DNA from: a virus
Taxonomy: Duplodnaviria > Caudoviricetes
Direction: 5' to 3' (one strand)
Length of the DNA: 64,000 nucleotides
IMG/VR virus record: IMGVR_UViG_2974668611_000001
Location: 1 to 64,000 of that record
How positions within the stretch are numbered: the stretch's first letter is position 1; each line of letters starts with the position of its first letter. Below the pieces are notes generated by a model, which saw only the letters and a program-made list of their open reading frames with translations, was not told where the DNA came from and made no database searches. Position numbers and translations under genes: made by a program. Of the stretch, positions 17,071 through 27,064 are shown one piece after another.

Positions 17071-17098
17071 AAGTTCGCTTTGGCGGGCTTGTTTTTTT
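17071..17098 (+). terminator. Intrinsic terminator-like hairpin before tape measure gene
   Basis: AAGTTCGC-TTTG-GCGGGCTT followed by GTTTTTTT. Confidence 0.6.
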
Positions 17099-17114
17099 GC
17101 AAGGAGGGTTTTAA

Positions 17115-20100
17115 ATGAAACAGGCCGCATATGGTAGTTTAACATATAATGTTAATATTAACGATACAAAAGCTCAATCGAGTTTGCGTACGTTAAAAGG
17201 AGCTATTCGCTCCACAGGCCAAGAATGGCGTTCTAACGCTTCTGCAATGCAAGCCGCCGGTGATAGTGCAAGTGCTTTAGACGCTAAGATAACAGGTCTT
17301 AACAAAGAAATTGAGTTACAAACCGATTATAACAAGCGCTTAGCAGAAGCATTGAAGAATGCCAATGCTACGACTGACAAGGAAAAGCTTGCAGTTATGC
17401 GCTGGACGAATGAATTAACCAGAAGTAATGCGGCACTTAAACGTCGTCAAAGCGAACTGGATAGTGCACGAGCGGCCGAAATCAGATACTCAACTGGTAT
17501 TGACAGAGCACAAAAGTCTCACAGGGCTTATACCAATGCGATTGAAGCTAGTGAGAAAGCTCTATCAGCAGAAGGTAAAGAAGAACAAGCAAGCGCTAAA
17601 CACAAGGAACTCTTAGCGGCTAAGACGTCTTCATTGAAAGATGAGCTTGGTCGGGAAGAGAAAGCGTTCAAAGCGTTAAAGGCTAGCGCTAGCTCTTCTA
17701 ACGTTGACATCAACAAGCAATCTGCTGTCGTGTCAAAAGCTCGTGAGGCTTATGCTAAAGCTCGTGAAGAACAGCGTAAGTATTCTACTGGTCTCCATCA
17801 AATGGAACAGTATTCTAAGTCGACTGCTGAAATATCGCAATCACTTGCTTCAAGATTACGAGCAGAAGGCAAGAACTATACTGCAATGTCGGTAGAGTTA
17901 AAGACATTAATTGGTTCTCGTAAAGGGTTGTTGACTCAATACAAGACTGAAATGTCCGAATTAGAATTAATTAAGAAGCGCTCTGGTGATACAAGCGCGG
18001 CCTATTCAGCACAGGCTAAAAAGGTCAATGATTTAGGCGCAAGGATTGGAGAAACGGACTCAAAAATCCGTTCTTTAAATAAAAATGTTGGTTTATCTGG
18101 TTCAGCAATAAACTCATTTAGTGATAAAATTGGTGGTATGCAAAAGAAATACGCTGGCGTTGCTAATGCAATGTCTGCCGTTTCTCGTGGTACTGGCTAT
18201 GCAACATTAGGTCTTGCCGCCGTAACCAAGCAAGGTGTCTCAATGTCAACCTCGCTACAATCTTCTTTTACTAAGACTAAAAACTTAATTGTTAAGTCTA
18301 ATACAGAAGGAACTGGTGAGATTAACCGTAACCTTGCAAAGATGAAAGAGAATGCTCAATCATATTCTAAAGAATATGGTTTAACACAGCAAAAGATTTC
18401 TGACGGTTATCAAGACTTAATCAAACGTGGTTACAGTTCGGCACAAGCATTAGGTTCAATGAAGACATTAGTTAAAGGTGCTATTGCCACTGGCGATGAC
18501 TTCAACGATGTTACAGCCGTTTCTACACAGACTTTGGAATCATTCGGTCTGAGGGCTAACTCTACTGCTCAAATGGCCAAGAATACGTCTAAGGTTGTTA
18601 ACGAGATGGCCTATGCCGCCGATATGACGGCTACCGATTTCCAAAGCTTGGGTAAAGGTATGGAATATGTCGGTAACACGGCCCATCAAGCAGGGTTTAG
18701 TATCTCTGAAACCGCTAGTGCCATGGGTATTTTATCGAACAACGGTTTGGAATCTGACAAAGCTGGTACTGGACTACGTAAGACGATTAACTCATTGGTA
18801 TCTCCTACTGATAACGCTACTGGCGCTTTGAAGAAATTAGGGTTATCAACAAGTAGTTTTACAGATAAGAACGGTAAGATGAAGTCGATGTCGGATATTT
18901 TCGGCATTTTGAACTCTCATATGAAGAACTTATCTGGTCATGACCGTACTGACGTGTTCCATGCAATCTTTGGTACGACTGGTCAACAGGCTGGTGGTAT
19001 TTTAACTGATAATTACAAGTCACTGAAGAATTTGAACGGTGAAGTCGAGCGTTCAGCAAAGACAGACTATATTGGTGGTTTGTCTGCAAAGAACATGGAA
19101 ACTGCACAGAACCAGTTTAACAAGTTTAAGGTTACTTTTCAAGCTTTAGAGATTGAGTTCGCGAACGTATTACTTCCATATTTAACCAAAGGTGCTAAAG
19201 CACTAACGGGATTAATGGATAAGTTCGATAAGTTGAGTCCTTCTGCTAAAAAAGCCGCCGGAGCAACGCTTCTATTGGTTCCAGCAATTAGTGCTGTTAC
19301 TGGTGTAATTGCCGCTTTCATTCGTAATTCCGGAACAATTGCAACTGTTGTTTCAAAATTATTCAGTAAATCTAAGATTGATACTGCTGGTGCAAGCAAG
19401 TCTGCTGTTGCCGCAATTGACGAGCAAACCGCCGCTGTAAAGGCTCTCGCATTAGCATGGGCCGACGCTGGGGAAGCCGCTGGAGCAGAAGCGGCAGAAG
19501 CCGGCGCTGGTAGTGCTGGTGGTCTCAAAGGAAAAGCTGGTAAGACAGCTTCCGAAGTAGAATCTGTTGGTACTCGTGAAGAGTATCAAGCGGCTAAAAA
19601 GTCTCGTTCTAAGTCATCTGTATTAAAACGTATGGCTAAAGGCCAGACAACTACTGAGGACGCCGAAGCTATTTCGTCAAGGATTGGTAAGGTCGGTACT
19701 ACTGGTTCCAAGCTAGGTAAAATAGCTAGGGGTACTGGTGGACTTCTGAAACGTATTCCGTGGTTACAAACTGGTTTGGCCGCCATGAACCTTATTGGTA
19801 TCAACAAGAAGAACGCGGGCCAAAAGGTCGGTTCTACTGCTGGTCAATTAGGTGGTACAATTGGCGGTGGTGCTATCGGTACTGGTATTGGTGGTCTAGT
19901 CGGTGGTGGACTTGGTACTTTCTTTGGCCCGGCAGGAACAGTAGCCGGCGCTAAGATTGGTTCTACCGTTGGTGGACTTGCTGGTAGTTTCTTTGGTGGC
20001 TCTAAGGGCCAAGATTGGGGTGGACAGCTAGGTAAGAAGATTCAGAAGTCTATGAAGAACTTCAAAATGCCTAAGATGTCAACCATCACTAAGTCAATCG

Positions 20101-22778
20101 GTGATTGGTTTGGTGGTATCGGTAAGTGGTTTAGTAAGTTAAAAATGCCAAAAATTAATTTCGGTAAGATGTTCAAAGGATTTAAAATGCCTAACATTGG
20201 TAAAATGTTTAAGAATTTTAAAATGCCTAAGATTAGCGGAATTGGTAAATGGTTTAGTGGACTATTCAAGGGACTTAAAGTTCCTAGTCTTGGCAGTCTT
20301 GGTAAGACAATCGGCTCAGCGTTTGGGAAGATGTTCTCTGGGCTTGGTAAAACAGGTATCGGAAAGTCCATCTCAAAGATGTTGGCCGGTATTGGTAAAA
20401 CCATGTCTGGCTGGGCTAAAGGGATTGGCAAGTTCTTCGCGCCTGCTGTTAAAGCAATTCAAACCCCATTTGAAAAGATTGGTAAATGGTTTAAGACCAG
20501 CCCAGTTGGTAAGTCAATTGTAACTATTGGTAAAGATATTGCCGGTGTAGTTAAAGGTATTGGTAAGTTCATCGCCGCATTAGGGGCGATTGCCGGAAAG
20601 CTGGCCGCGATTGGTTTAGTTAAATTATTCCAAGGTGTTGGCAAGGCTGTTAAAGGCATGGGCAAGTTCTTTACTGATGTTGGTAAGACAATCGGTAGAT
20701 GGGCTAAAAATGTTCGTAAGACCATTGACAACATGGTTAAGCCAATCCAGAAAACGATGAACAAAATCGGTAGCGGTATCTCTAAGGCATGGAGCGACAC
20801 CTTAAAGAATGTTACGAAGTTCGTTAAGAATATTTATAACACTGCTACTAGATGGATTGGCAAACTATTGTCTCCATTGGCTAAGGCTTGGCAATCTATT
20901 TCTAAGACTGCCGCTAGATGGTGGAAGAGTATATCTAACACCGTTGGCAGTTGGGCACACAACCTTTACAAAGGGGTAACTAAGTGGGTCGGAAACTTAC
21001 TAAGTCCCGTAGCTAAGGCTTGGCAGTCCATTTCAAAAACCGCAGGTCGTTGGTGGAAATCAATTTCCAATACAATTGGTAGTTGGGCTAAGAATATCTA
21101 TAATAACGTTACTAAATGGTTTAGGAACCTGTTATCTCCAGTTGCTAAGGCATGGAAGAACGTTTCTAATACTATCGGTGGCTGGATTAAAGGTATTTGG
21201 AAGAACATTTCTAAATTCGGTGACAACATGGCAAGCTTCTTCAAGAAGCTTCCAGGACGTATCTCTAGTGCTCTGAGAGGTGCATGGCACGGTATTTGGA
21301 ACTCAATGGCCGGTATTGTTAACAATGGTGTCATTCACCCTGTTGTTAAAGGTTGGAATGCTGTTGCAGACGCTATTAATGGCGTTGAGAAGAAGATTGG
21401 TGTCGGTAAGAGTTTTAGACTTGGTGAAGCAAGTTATAGCTCAGCTAAATTAAGCACCTATGCTAAGGGTACTCCTGGCGGCCCAGCGTTGGTAAATGAC
21501 GCTAAGTCTAAATACTGGCGCGAAGCTTATAAGCTTCCAGATGGCCGTATGGGTATGTTCCCCAACAAGCGTAACATTATCGTCAACCTTCCAAAAGGTA
21601 CCGAAATCGCCAAAGGTGAAGACGCCAGAATGGTTCAACCTTACCTTGAACATACTGGTGGTAATATTCCAGCTTTCGCTTCGGCTACTGGTTGGTTAGA
21701 TGGTATTGGTAGTGCTATCGGTGGTGCTGTTCACGGTGTTGGTAGTTGGTTCTCTGGGGTTGAAACTAAAGCTTCTAAGCTTATTGATAATTTAGGAAAG
21801 ATGATTAAATCACCTGCTAAATATTTATCTGCTATGATTGCTTCACCATTAAATGCCTTAGCAAAAGGCGGTGGCCTAGCCGCTAAAGCTGTTGGTATGA
21901 CTGGTGATATTGTTGTCAACTCTCTTACCAGTTGGTTCAAAAAGATGTTAAAAGCAGGTCAGGATGAACAACTTGTCGGTAACGTCAAGCTTGGTGGTAG
22001 CGTTGCTTCACGTGCCCGTGCGTTAGCTAAAGCATTCAAGCAAGGTTATCCTGCTTCTAACAATGGTGGTATTGCTGGTATCTTAGGTAACTGGATTCAA
22101 GAATCTAATTTGAATCCTTCCGCTGTCAACTCTAGTGACCATGGTACTGGTTTAGGACAATGGACTTTCACCCGTGAAACTGGATTAAGAAATTGGTTAA
22201 GTAAGCACGGTTATGCATGGAATTCTGCCGCTGGTCAAATTGGCTATGCCTTAAATGAACCCGGCGTGAACGGAATGTTAAAGGCTGTATTAAGAATGAC
22301 AAACCCTACTGCCGCGGCTCAAAAGTTCTTCGCAACTTGGGAGTCTGGTGGTAACATGGACGCTTCTGGTGGTGCTCGTTTGAGCAATGCTTCTGCTGTA
22401 TATCGCTACATTAAGGGTATGGAGAGTGGTGGCCTTGTTGATAAGGCTCAAATGATTAACATTGCGGAACATAACAAGCCAGAAATGGTTGTGTCTTTGA
22501 CCAACAAAGATGCCGCAATTCGTCAATTGAAGCAATCAATCAGCTACCTAGAAAGCGGTAATACTGCCACTAACGTGAATACTCAAAATACGTCGTCTGC
22601 TGATAGCCAAGCAATTGAACAAATTGCAACTGCTATCCAGCAAACTAACGCATTATTGCAAGCTATTCTGTCATCAAGCAATACTCCAAACGTTGCTTAC
22701 GTTGCTTCACAAAGTGTTGTAGACGCTGTTGAGGCACAAAAGTTAGCTAAAGCAAGGTACAATAACTTGATTAACTAA
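17115..22778 (+). CDS. Tape measure protein with C-terminal phage tail lysozyme domain
   Basis: 1887 aa, Ala/Gly/Lys-rich, TP901-type core (AGTGLRKTINSL), Trp-spaced ~44-aa repeats near 20.8-21.2 kb, AGILGNWIQESNLNP..GLGQWT lysozyme motif. Confidence 0.95.
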   Translation: MKQAAYGSLTYNVNINDTKAQSSLRTLKGAIRSTGQEWRSNASAMQAAGDSASALDAKITGLNKEIELQTDYNKRLAEALKNANATTDKEKLAVMRWTNELTRSNAALKRRQSELDSARAAEIRYSTGIDRAQKSHRAYTNAIEASEKALSAEGKEEQASAKHKELLAAKTSSLKDELGREEKAFKALKASASSSNVDINKQSAVVSKAREAYAKAREEQRKYSTGLHQMEQYSKSTAEISQSLASRLRAEGKNYTAMSVELKTLIGSRKGLLTQYKTEMSELELIKKRSGDTSAAYSAQAKKVNDLGARIGETDSKIRSLNKNVGLSGSAINSFSDKIGGMQKKYAGVANAMSAVSRGTGYATLGLAAVTKQGVSMSTSLQSSFTKTKNLIVKSNTEGTGEINRNLAKMKENAQSYSKEYGLTQQKISDGYQDLIKRGYSSAQALGSMKTLVKGAIATGDDFNDVTAVSTQTLESFGLRANSTAQMAKNTSKVVNEMAYAADMTATDFQSLGKGMEYVGNTAHQAGFSISETASAMGILSNNGLESDKAGTGLRKTINSLVSPTDNATGALKKLGLSTSSFTDKNGKMKSMSDIFGILNSHMKNLSGHDRTDVFHAIFGTTGQQAGGILTDNYKSLKNLNGEVERSAKTDYIGGLSAKNMETAQNQFNKFKVTFQALEIEFANVLLPYLTKGAKALTGLMDKFDKLSPSAKKAAGATLLLVPAISAVTGVIAAFIRNSGTIATVVSKLFSKSKIDTAGASKSAVAAIDEQTAAVKALALAWADAGEAAGAEAAEAGAGSAGGLKGKAGKTASEVESVGTREEYQAAKKSRSKSSVLKRMAKGQTTTEDAEAISSRIGKVGTTGSKLGKIARGTGGLLKRIPWLQTGLAAMNLIGINKKNAGQKVGSTAGQLGGTIGGGAIGTGIGGLVGGGLGTFFGPAGTVAGAKIGSTVGGLAGSFFGGSKGQDWGGQLGKKIQKSMKNFKMPKMSTITKSIGDWFGGIGKWFSKLKMPKINFGKMFKGFKMPNIGKMFKNFKMPKISGIGKWFSGLFKGLKVPSLGSLGKTIGSAFGKMFSGLGKTGIGKSISKMLAGIGKTMSGWAKGIGKFFAPAVKAIQTPFEKIGKWFKTSPVGKSIVTIGKDIAGVVKGIGKFIAALGAIAGKLAAIGLVKLFQGVGKAVKGMGKFFTDVGKTIGRWAKNVRKTIDNMVKPIQKTMNKIGSGISKAWSDTLKNVTKFVKNIYNTATRWIGKLLSPLAKAWQSISKTAARWWKSISNTVGSWAHNLYKGVTKWVGNLLSPVAKAWQSISKTAGRWWKSISNTIGSWAKNIYNNVTKWFRNLLSPVAKAWKNVSNTIGGWIKGIWKNISKFGDNMASFFKKLPGRISSALRGAWHGIWNSMAGIVNNGVIHPVVKGWNAVADAINGVEKKIGVGKSFRLGEASYSSAKLSTYAKGTPGGPALVNDAKSKYWREAYKLPDGRMGMFPNKRNIIVNLPKGTEIAKGEDARMVQPYLEHTGGNIPAFASATGWLDGIGSAIGGAVHGVGSWFSGVETKASKLIDNLGKMIKSPAKYLSAMIASPLNALAKGGGLAAKAVGMTGDIVVNSLTSWFKKMLKAGQDEQLVGNVKLGGSVASRARALAKAFKQGYPASNNGGIAGILGNWIQESNLNPSAVNSSDHGTGLGQWTFTRETGLRNWLSKHGYAWNSAAGQIGYALNEPGVNGMLKAVLRMTNPTAAAQKFFATWESGGNMDASGGARLSNASAVYRYIKGMESGGLVDKAQMINIAEHNKPEMVVSLTNKDAAIRQLKQSISYLESGNTATNVNTQNTSSADSQAIEQIATAIQQTNALLQAILSSSNTPNVAYVASQSVVDAVEAQKLAKARYNNLIN

Positions 22779-22834
22779 CTAATACGAGGGGTAATCCCCT
22801 CGTGTACATAATGATTGAATGGGAGGTAAAACCA

Positions 22835-24613
22835 TTGGCACTAAAAGAAGATGAATTTAGTCTAGGCGGTCTTAATAGCCGCACAGACTTACACGTTATT
22901 ATGGGAATGGTGCTCCCACCAATTGCACCAGCAATGTCAGAATTGTCAACCGATATTCCTGCTAAATATGGTGTTCACTTTGGCGGTATTGATTATACCA
23001 CTAAGACAATCAATATTCCAATTACAATCATGGCACCGCATAATTCACAGTCATATATTGATTACGCACAAACTTTGGCTGGTTTGCTATTAACAGACGA
23101 ACCAGATAATGACCAAGAAATTCCATTAGTATTTGGATTCCAACCTGATTTAACTTATTGGGGTCACATCACTTCAATCTCTGACCCACAAGTAACGCAA
23201 GAAGGGGCTTGGGATTCGACATCTACGATTACATTCGTTATGTCTGACCCTAGAGCAACTTTACCACAAGTTGAGGTTGGTTTAAAGCCTGGATTAAACG
23301 TTATCACCGTTGACGGAACAGCACAAACAGAACCAGTCATTCAGATTATCCCTTCTAAAGCATTGAAATACGTCGGGTATACACTTAATGGCGGTAATTA
23401 CGGTATTGGCCCAGAAGACCCATTGGAGCAAGCACAGGCTGTTCAGGAGTGGGAGAAGGTATTAGACGACCCTGTTGAAACAATGGCAATGTGGACTAAT
23501 GACGCAGGTGCTATTGGCGGTCTTATTCCGCCTAACGGTGGTGACTATACTGTATTCCAAGGTGAAGCGATGATTAACGATGCCACTTCTGCTATGACAG
23601 TTAAACGTGACCCCGGTGGTGCTAACCAGCAGTTCGGTACTCATCAAACTGGTTGGTATGGCCCGGCTTTAAGATATACTGGTTTGACACAGTCACTCAC
23701 AGATTGGCGTTTAAGAGCCGGTATTCATCATGGACGATATGGTGGCACTCATAATGAGCGTGCGATGGGTGCAGTTCAATTCCAATGGACTGACACTGGC
23801 GGTAAGGCAATCGGTAATTTCTGTATCGTAGACCCCGGGCAAAACGGTCGTCCGCGTTGTCGTTTACAAATTTGTCAGCCAGGTTCAGTTCTAGCTCCCG
23901 GTGATGGTAAACACCGTGACCTATTGACCACAACAGGGCCTAGTGGAGCTTTCACAAACAAGAAAGACACAGCAGTTAAAATCAAAACTGGAACCAAAAC
24001 AGTTAAAAAGACAGTTAAGACTAAAGCCAAGAACGGCAAGGTAACTAAGAAGACTATCAATCAAAAGGTAGATACTTACGTCACCGTTTGGAACCGTCAA
24101 GAAACTGGGGCCCTAACAGATGGTTGGATTAAGATGGATATGCAACATGTCGGCCAGACGTGGAGTTGGTCTGTTATTCAGTATAACACTGACAACGGAC
24201 AGCCATATACTAACCCTAACAAGTATTTAATCACTCACTCGCAACAGCCAATTAACACTGGTGATAAGTACCAAACAGCACTGGGTGGTTTTGGTATCAT
24301 GTTCTTAAAGCATTCTATCACAGAAGACGATAAAAAGATTGATTATAAGGCGCCTTATATGTCATTAACTGGTATTGAACTGTGGAAGCATAATGATGTT
24401 CCAGATTCTTCAACACCAACATATATCGCCAGCTCTGGTTCTGAAATTGTCATGGACTCAGAAGCACAGCGGACAACTATCGGTGGTCGGATTTCATACC
24501 CAGTATGGTCTACCAGCTATCCAAAGTTAAAGCCGGGCTTAAACTCGCTTAACATGGTTGGCGACCTAGAAGGTGCAAAAATGGTATTAAAATATTTACC
24601 AAGAAAACTTTAA
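22835..24613 (+). CDS. Distal tail protein (evolved Dit with large insertion)
   Basis: Dit-like N-terminus (ITFVMSDP) and C-terminus (YPKLKPGLNSL); GGGAGGT SD before TTG 22835. Confidence 0.85.
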   Translation: MALKEDEFSLGGLNSRTDLHVIMGMVLPPIAPAMSELSTDIPAKYGVHFGGIDYTTKTINIPITIMAPHNSQSYIDYAQTLAGLLLTDEPDNDQEIPLVFGFQPDLTYWGHITSISDPQVTQEGAWDSTSTITFVMSDPRATLPQVEVGLKPGLNVITVDGTAQTEPVIQIIPSKALKYVGYTLNGGNYGIGPEDPLEQAQAVQEWEKVLDDPVETMAMWTNDAGAIGGLIPPNGGDYTVFQGEAMINDATSAMTVKRDPGGANQQFGTHQTGWYGPALRYTGLTQSLTDWRLRAGIHHGRYGGTHNERAMGAVQFQWTDTGGKAIGNFCIVDPGQNGRPRCRLQICQPGSVLAPGDGKHRDLLTTTGPSGAFTNKKDTAVKIKTGTKTVKKTVKTKAKNGKVTKKTINQKVDTYVTVWNRQETGALTDGWIKMDMQHVGQTWSWSVIQYNTDNGQPYTNPNKYLITHSQQPINTGDKYQTALGGFGIMFLKHSITEDDKKIDYKAPYMSLTGIELWKHNDVPDSSTPTYIASSGSEIVMDSEAQRTTIGGRISYPVWSTSYPKLKPGLNSLNMVGDLEGAKMVLKYLPRKL

Positions 24614-24668
24614 TAACAACAAGGGATAAAATCCCTTGATACATAAATAATGATTAGGAGGTAATGGA

Positions 24669-27053
24669 ATGTCATTAGGTAATCAATACCTCATTTTGGA
24701 TTCACATTTTAACAATGTTGGCCTATTGACTGTTGATGGAGCTACAAGATTTACTAACGACTCCATTACTATGCAGTTGGCAGACTCAGACCAGCAAAAT
24801 ACACAATACGACGATGACGTTAGTGTCGGTAGCGAAGATAGCTACGAAGGTAAAACTAACCTTAACGCACAATCAAAAAAATACGACCATAGCGGTACTG
24901 TAACGGTGCCACAAGGACAACCAGATAGCGATAAGGTAGTGTCTGGTAACTATTTAGCATATCACGATGACTACCTTAACCGTTGGTATATCATGTACAT
25001 TTACTCAACTTCCGAAGAATCTACTTCAACAACTTCTGTAAATACCGTTGCATATGTATGTAATTTAGTTCTAAGGGACTTAGCATTTACGATTCCATTG
25101 CAATCAACAGTAAAACAGCAGAATGTCGAACAAGTTTTTAGCAAGGTTTTCCAAAACTCTGGCTGGCAAGTAGAATACAACACAGGAAGCGCAACCTTAG
25201 CAGATACGGATTCTTTTGATGGTAAAACAAAAGGAACTGTATTATTGCAGAACGCATTACAACTATTTGATGTTGAAATTGACGCTTATGTTAAAATCAA
25301 TACACAAGGTAAGGTTGTAGACAAGATAGTAGAAGTGACAGATGAGTTATCTTCTGATATCGTTTACCAAGAAGCTATTTTTGGTGAGAATATCACGAAC
25401 ATTAAACGTGTCACAGTTGCGGCGCCTATTACAAAGTTGTACGCGTATGGTGCAAACGGCTCAACGATGGCTCCTCATAACAATGGTATGACTTATATTG
25501 TTGATGATGATGCCAATCAGCTTTATAACTATGAAGGTTCATTACACGGTAAATACCTAGAAGGTGTTATCACCGCAAACCAGATTAGTGATAACACTGG
25601 TTTACAATCTTGGGCAAAACAGATGTTGAAGCTATTCAATCACCCTAGAACTTACTATGATGTTAACGTTGCTCCCGGATTCTTACCACCACTAGGTGCT
25701 ACGATTCGTTTTAAAGATGAACACATTACGCCAGCATTAGACGCCACTGGACGTGTTATTCAAAGAACAATTAGTTTCTCATCACCATATTCAAGCTCTA
25801 TTGCCTTTGGTGAGTTCGTAACCGTTCCTGTAGCAACACCACAATGGTTAACAGATTATCAATCAGCATTAGCTGACGCCGTAGCCAAAGCCATTAATGA
25901 CGCTACTGCTATTACTCCAGTACTATCACACCCAGATGGTCTTGACTTTGCACAAGGTGAATCGTCAAAACGTCTATTGTTAAGCGCATGGGTTGGTAAG
26001 CAAAATATCAGCACATATATTGATAGCAAGGGGTTTGCATGGCGGCACGTTAATACTGACGGCTCAATTGACCCTAATTGGGAACAAACTGGTGACATCA
26101 TTAACGTAACCCCATCTTTAATGGGCAACATTAGAGCTTATATTGATGGTGATTATATATCAGAAGACCCTGAGTTGTCAATCAATCAGAACAATTACGT
26201 TAAAATTGGTGAATTTGACCCATACGATAGCGATGTTCATCGTATTGTACAACACATTGAACAATTAGACGACGGAACTTGGTACGTATCAGCCGCCACT
26301 TCTGGTGATGATTGTAATTACATGCACCGCGATAAAGATTTTAAACTGATTGATAAAATGGTTCTAAAAGGTGGAGGGCACGGCACTTCATTCGGTGTTC
26401 TATATCAAGAAGGGCAACCATGGATTATTTGTAATCAAAGAAATAGTGCTGGTAACTGGGATATTGTCAGGTTCAAATATCAAGGTGGCAAAACACTAGA
26501 TATTAACGATACTGACCACTTAATTACTCCCGGTGGTTATCCTCGTGTTAGTTTTGACAGGAAAAACAATATGATGGGGTACAGTAGCGGTGGTTACAAA
26601 TTCTTTATATTAAATGTATCAGACCTATTGGCTGGAGTCAAGACGGTTATGTATACGATTGATATGCTTGATTATGACTTTGTTGGTGATGATGATATTT
26701 TCCAAGGGCAGGCATTAGACTTCCCATACGTTTACTGGAGTGTTGGTAATCAATTTTTAGGTAAAACGTGTTCTTTCTATTGTGTAAACATTTTACACCG
26801 CGGTGAAGTTATGCACCCGTATTACGACGCCTTAATCGGTTTGGGGTTGACTGGAAAAATAATTGAACCAGAAAGTCTATCATTCGCAACAATTAACGGC
26901 AAACGAACCTTGGTTCACTCATTCAACGTTACTCCGCCAGACGGGAACCCGCCTAAGAAACAAATGCAATATGCTACTGATATTATTTATCGGCCAGCAA
27001 TGCCAGTTGTCAGCGGTGGTAGTGATGGTAGTGACGATACAGGTAACGAGTAG
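24669..27053 (+). CDS. Tail-associated (Tal)/baseplate hub protein with C-terminal beta-propeller-like region
   Basis: FGENITNIKR...ITKLYAYG motif; GGHGTSFG and FQGQAL repeats in the C-terminal part. Confidence 0.8.
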   Translation: MSLGNQYLILDSHFNNVGLLTVDGATRFTNDSITMQLADSDQQNTQYDDDVSVGSEDSYEGKTNLNAQSKKYDHSGTVTVPQGQPDSDKVVSGNYLAYHDDYLNRWYIMYIYSTSEESTSTTSVNTVAYVCNLVLRDLAFTIPLQSTVKQQNVEQVFSKVFQNSGWQVEYNTGSATLADTDSFDGKTKGTVLLQNALQLFDVEIDAYVKINTQGKVVDKIVEVTDELSSDIVYQEAIFGENITNIKRVTVAAPITKLYAYGANGSTMAPHNNGMTYIVDDDANQLYNYEGSLHGKYLEGVITANQISDNTGLQSWAKQMLKLFNHPRTYYDVNVAPGFLPPLGATIRFKDEHITPALDATGRVIQRTISFSSPYSSSIAFGEFVTVPVATPQWLTDYQSALADAVAKAINDATAITPVLSHPDGLDFAQGESSKRLLLSAWVGKQNISTYIDSKGFAWRHVNTDGSIDPNWEQTGDIINVTPSLMGNIRAYIDGDYISEDPELSINQNNYVKIGEFDPYDSDVHRIVQHIEQLDDGTWYVSAATSGDDCNYMHRDKDFKLIDKMVLKGGGHGTSFGVLYQEGQPWIICNQRNSAGNWDIVRFKYQGGKTLDINDTDHLITPGGYPRVSFDRKNNMMGYSSGGYKFFILNVSDLLAGVKTVMYTIDMLDYDFVGDDDIFQGQALDFPYVYWSVGNQFLGKTCSFYCVNILHRGEVMHPYYDALIGLGLTGKIIEPESLSFATINGKRTLVHSFNVTPPDGNPPKKQMQYATDIIYRPAMPVVSGGSDGSDDTGNE

Positions 27054-27064
27054 GAGGTTATCAA

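Noticed and set aside
20040-21250. Repeats in the tape measure gene as a CRISPR-like or DGR-like array
   Set aside because: They are degenerate in-frame protein repeats (FKMPK and Trp-spaced 44-aa units) typical of TMPs; no constant repeat/spacer pattern and no reverse transcriptase or cas genes.
17428-22535. Many 60-130 aa alternative-frame and antisense ORFs inside the tape measure, capsid and other long genes
   Set aside because: Shadow ORFs caused by codon bias; no SDs or recognisable domains.
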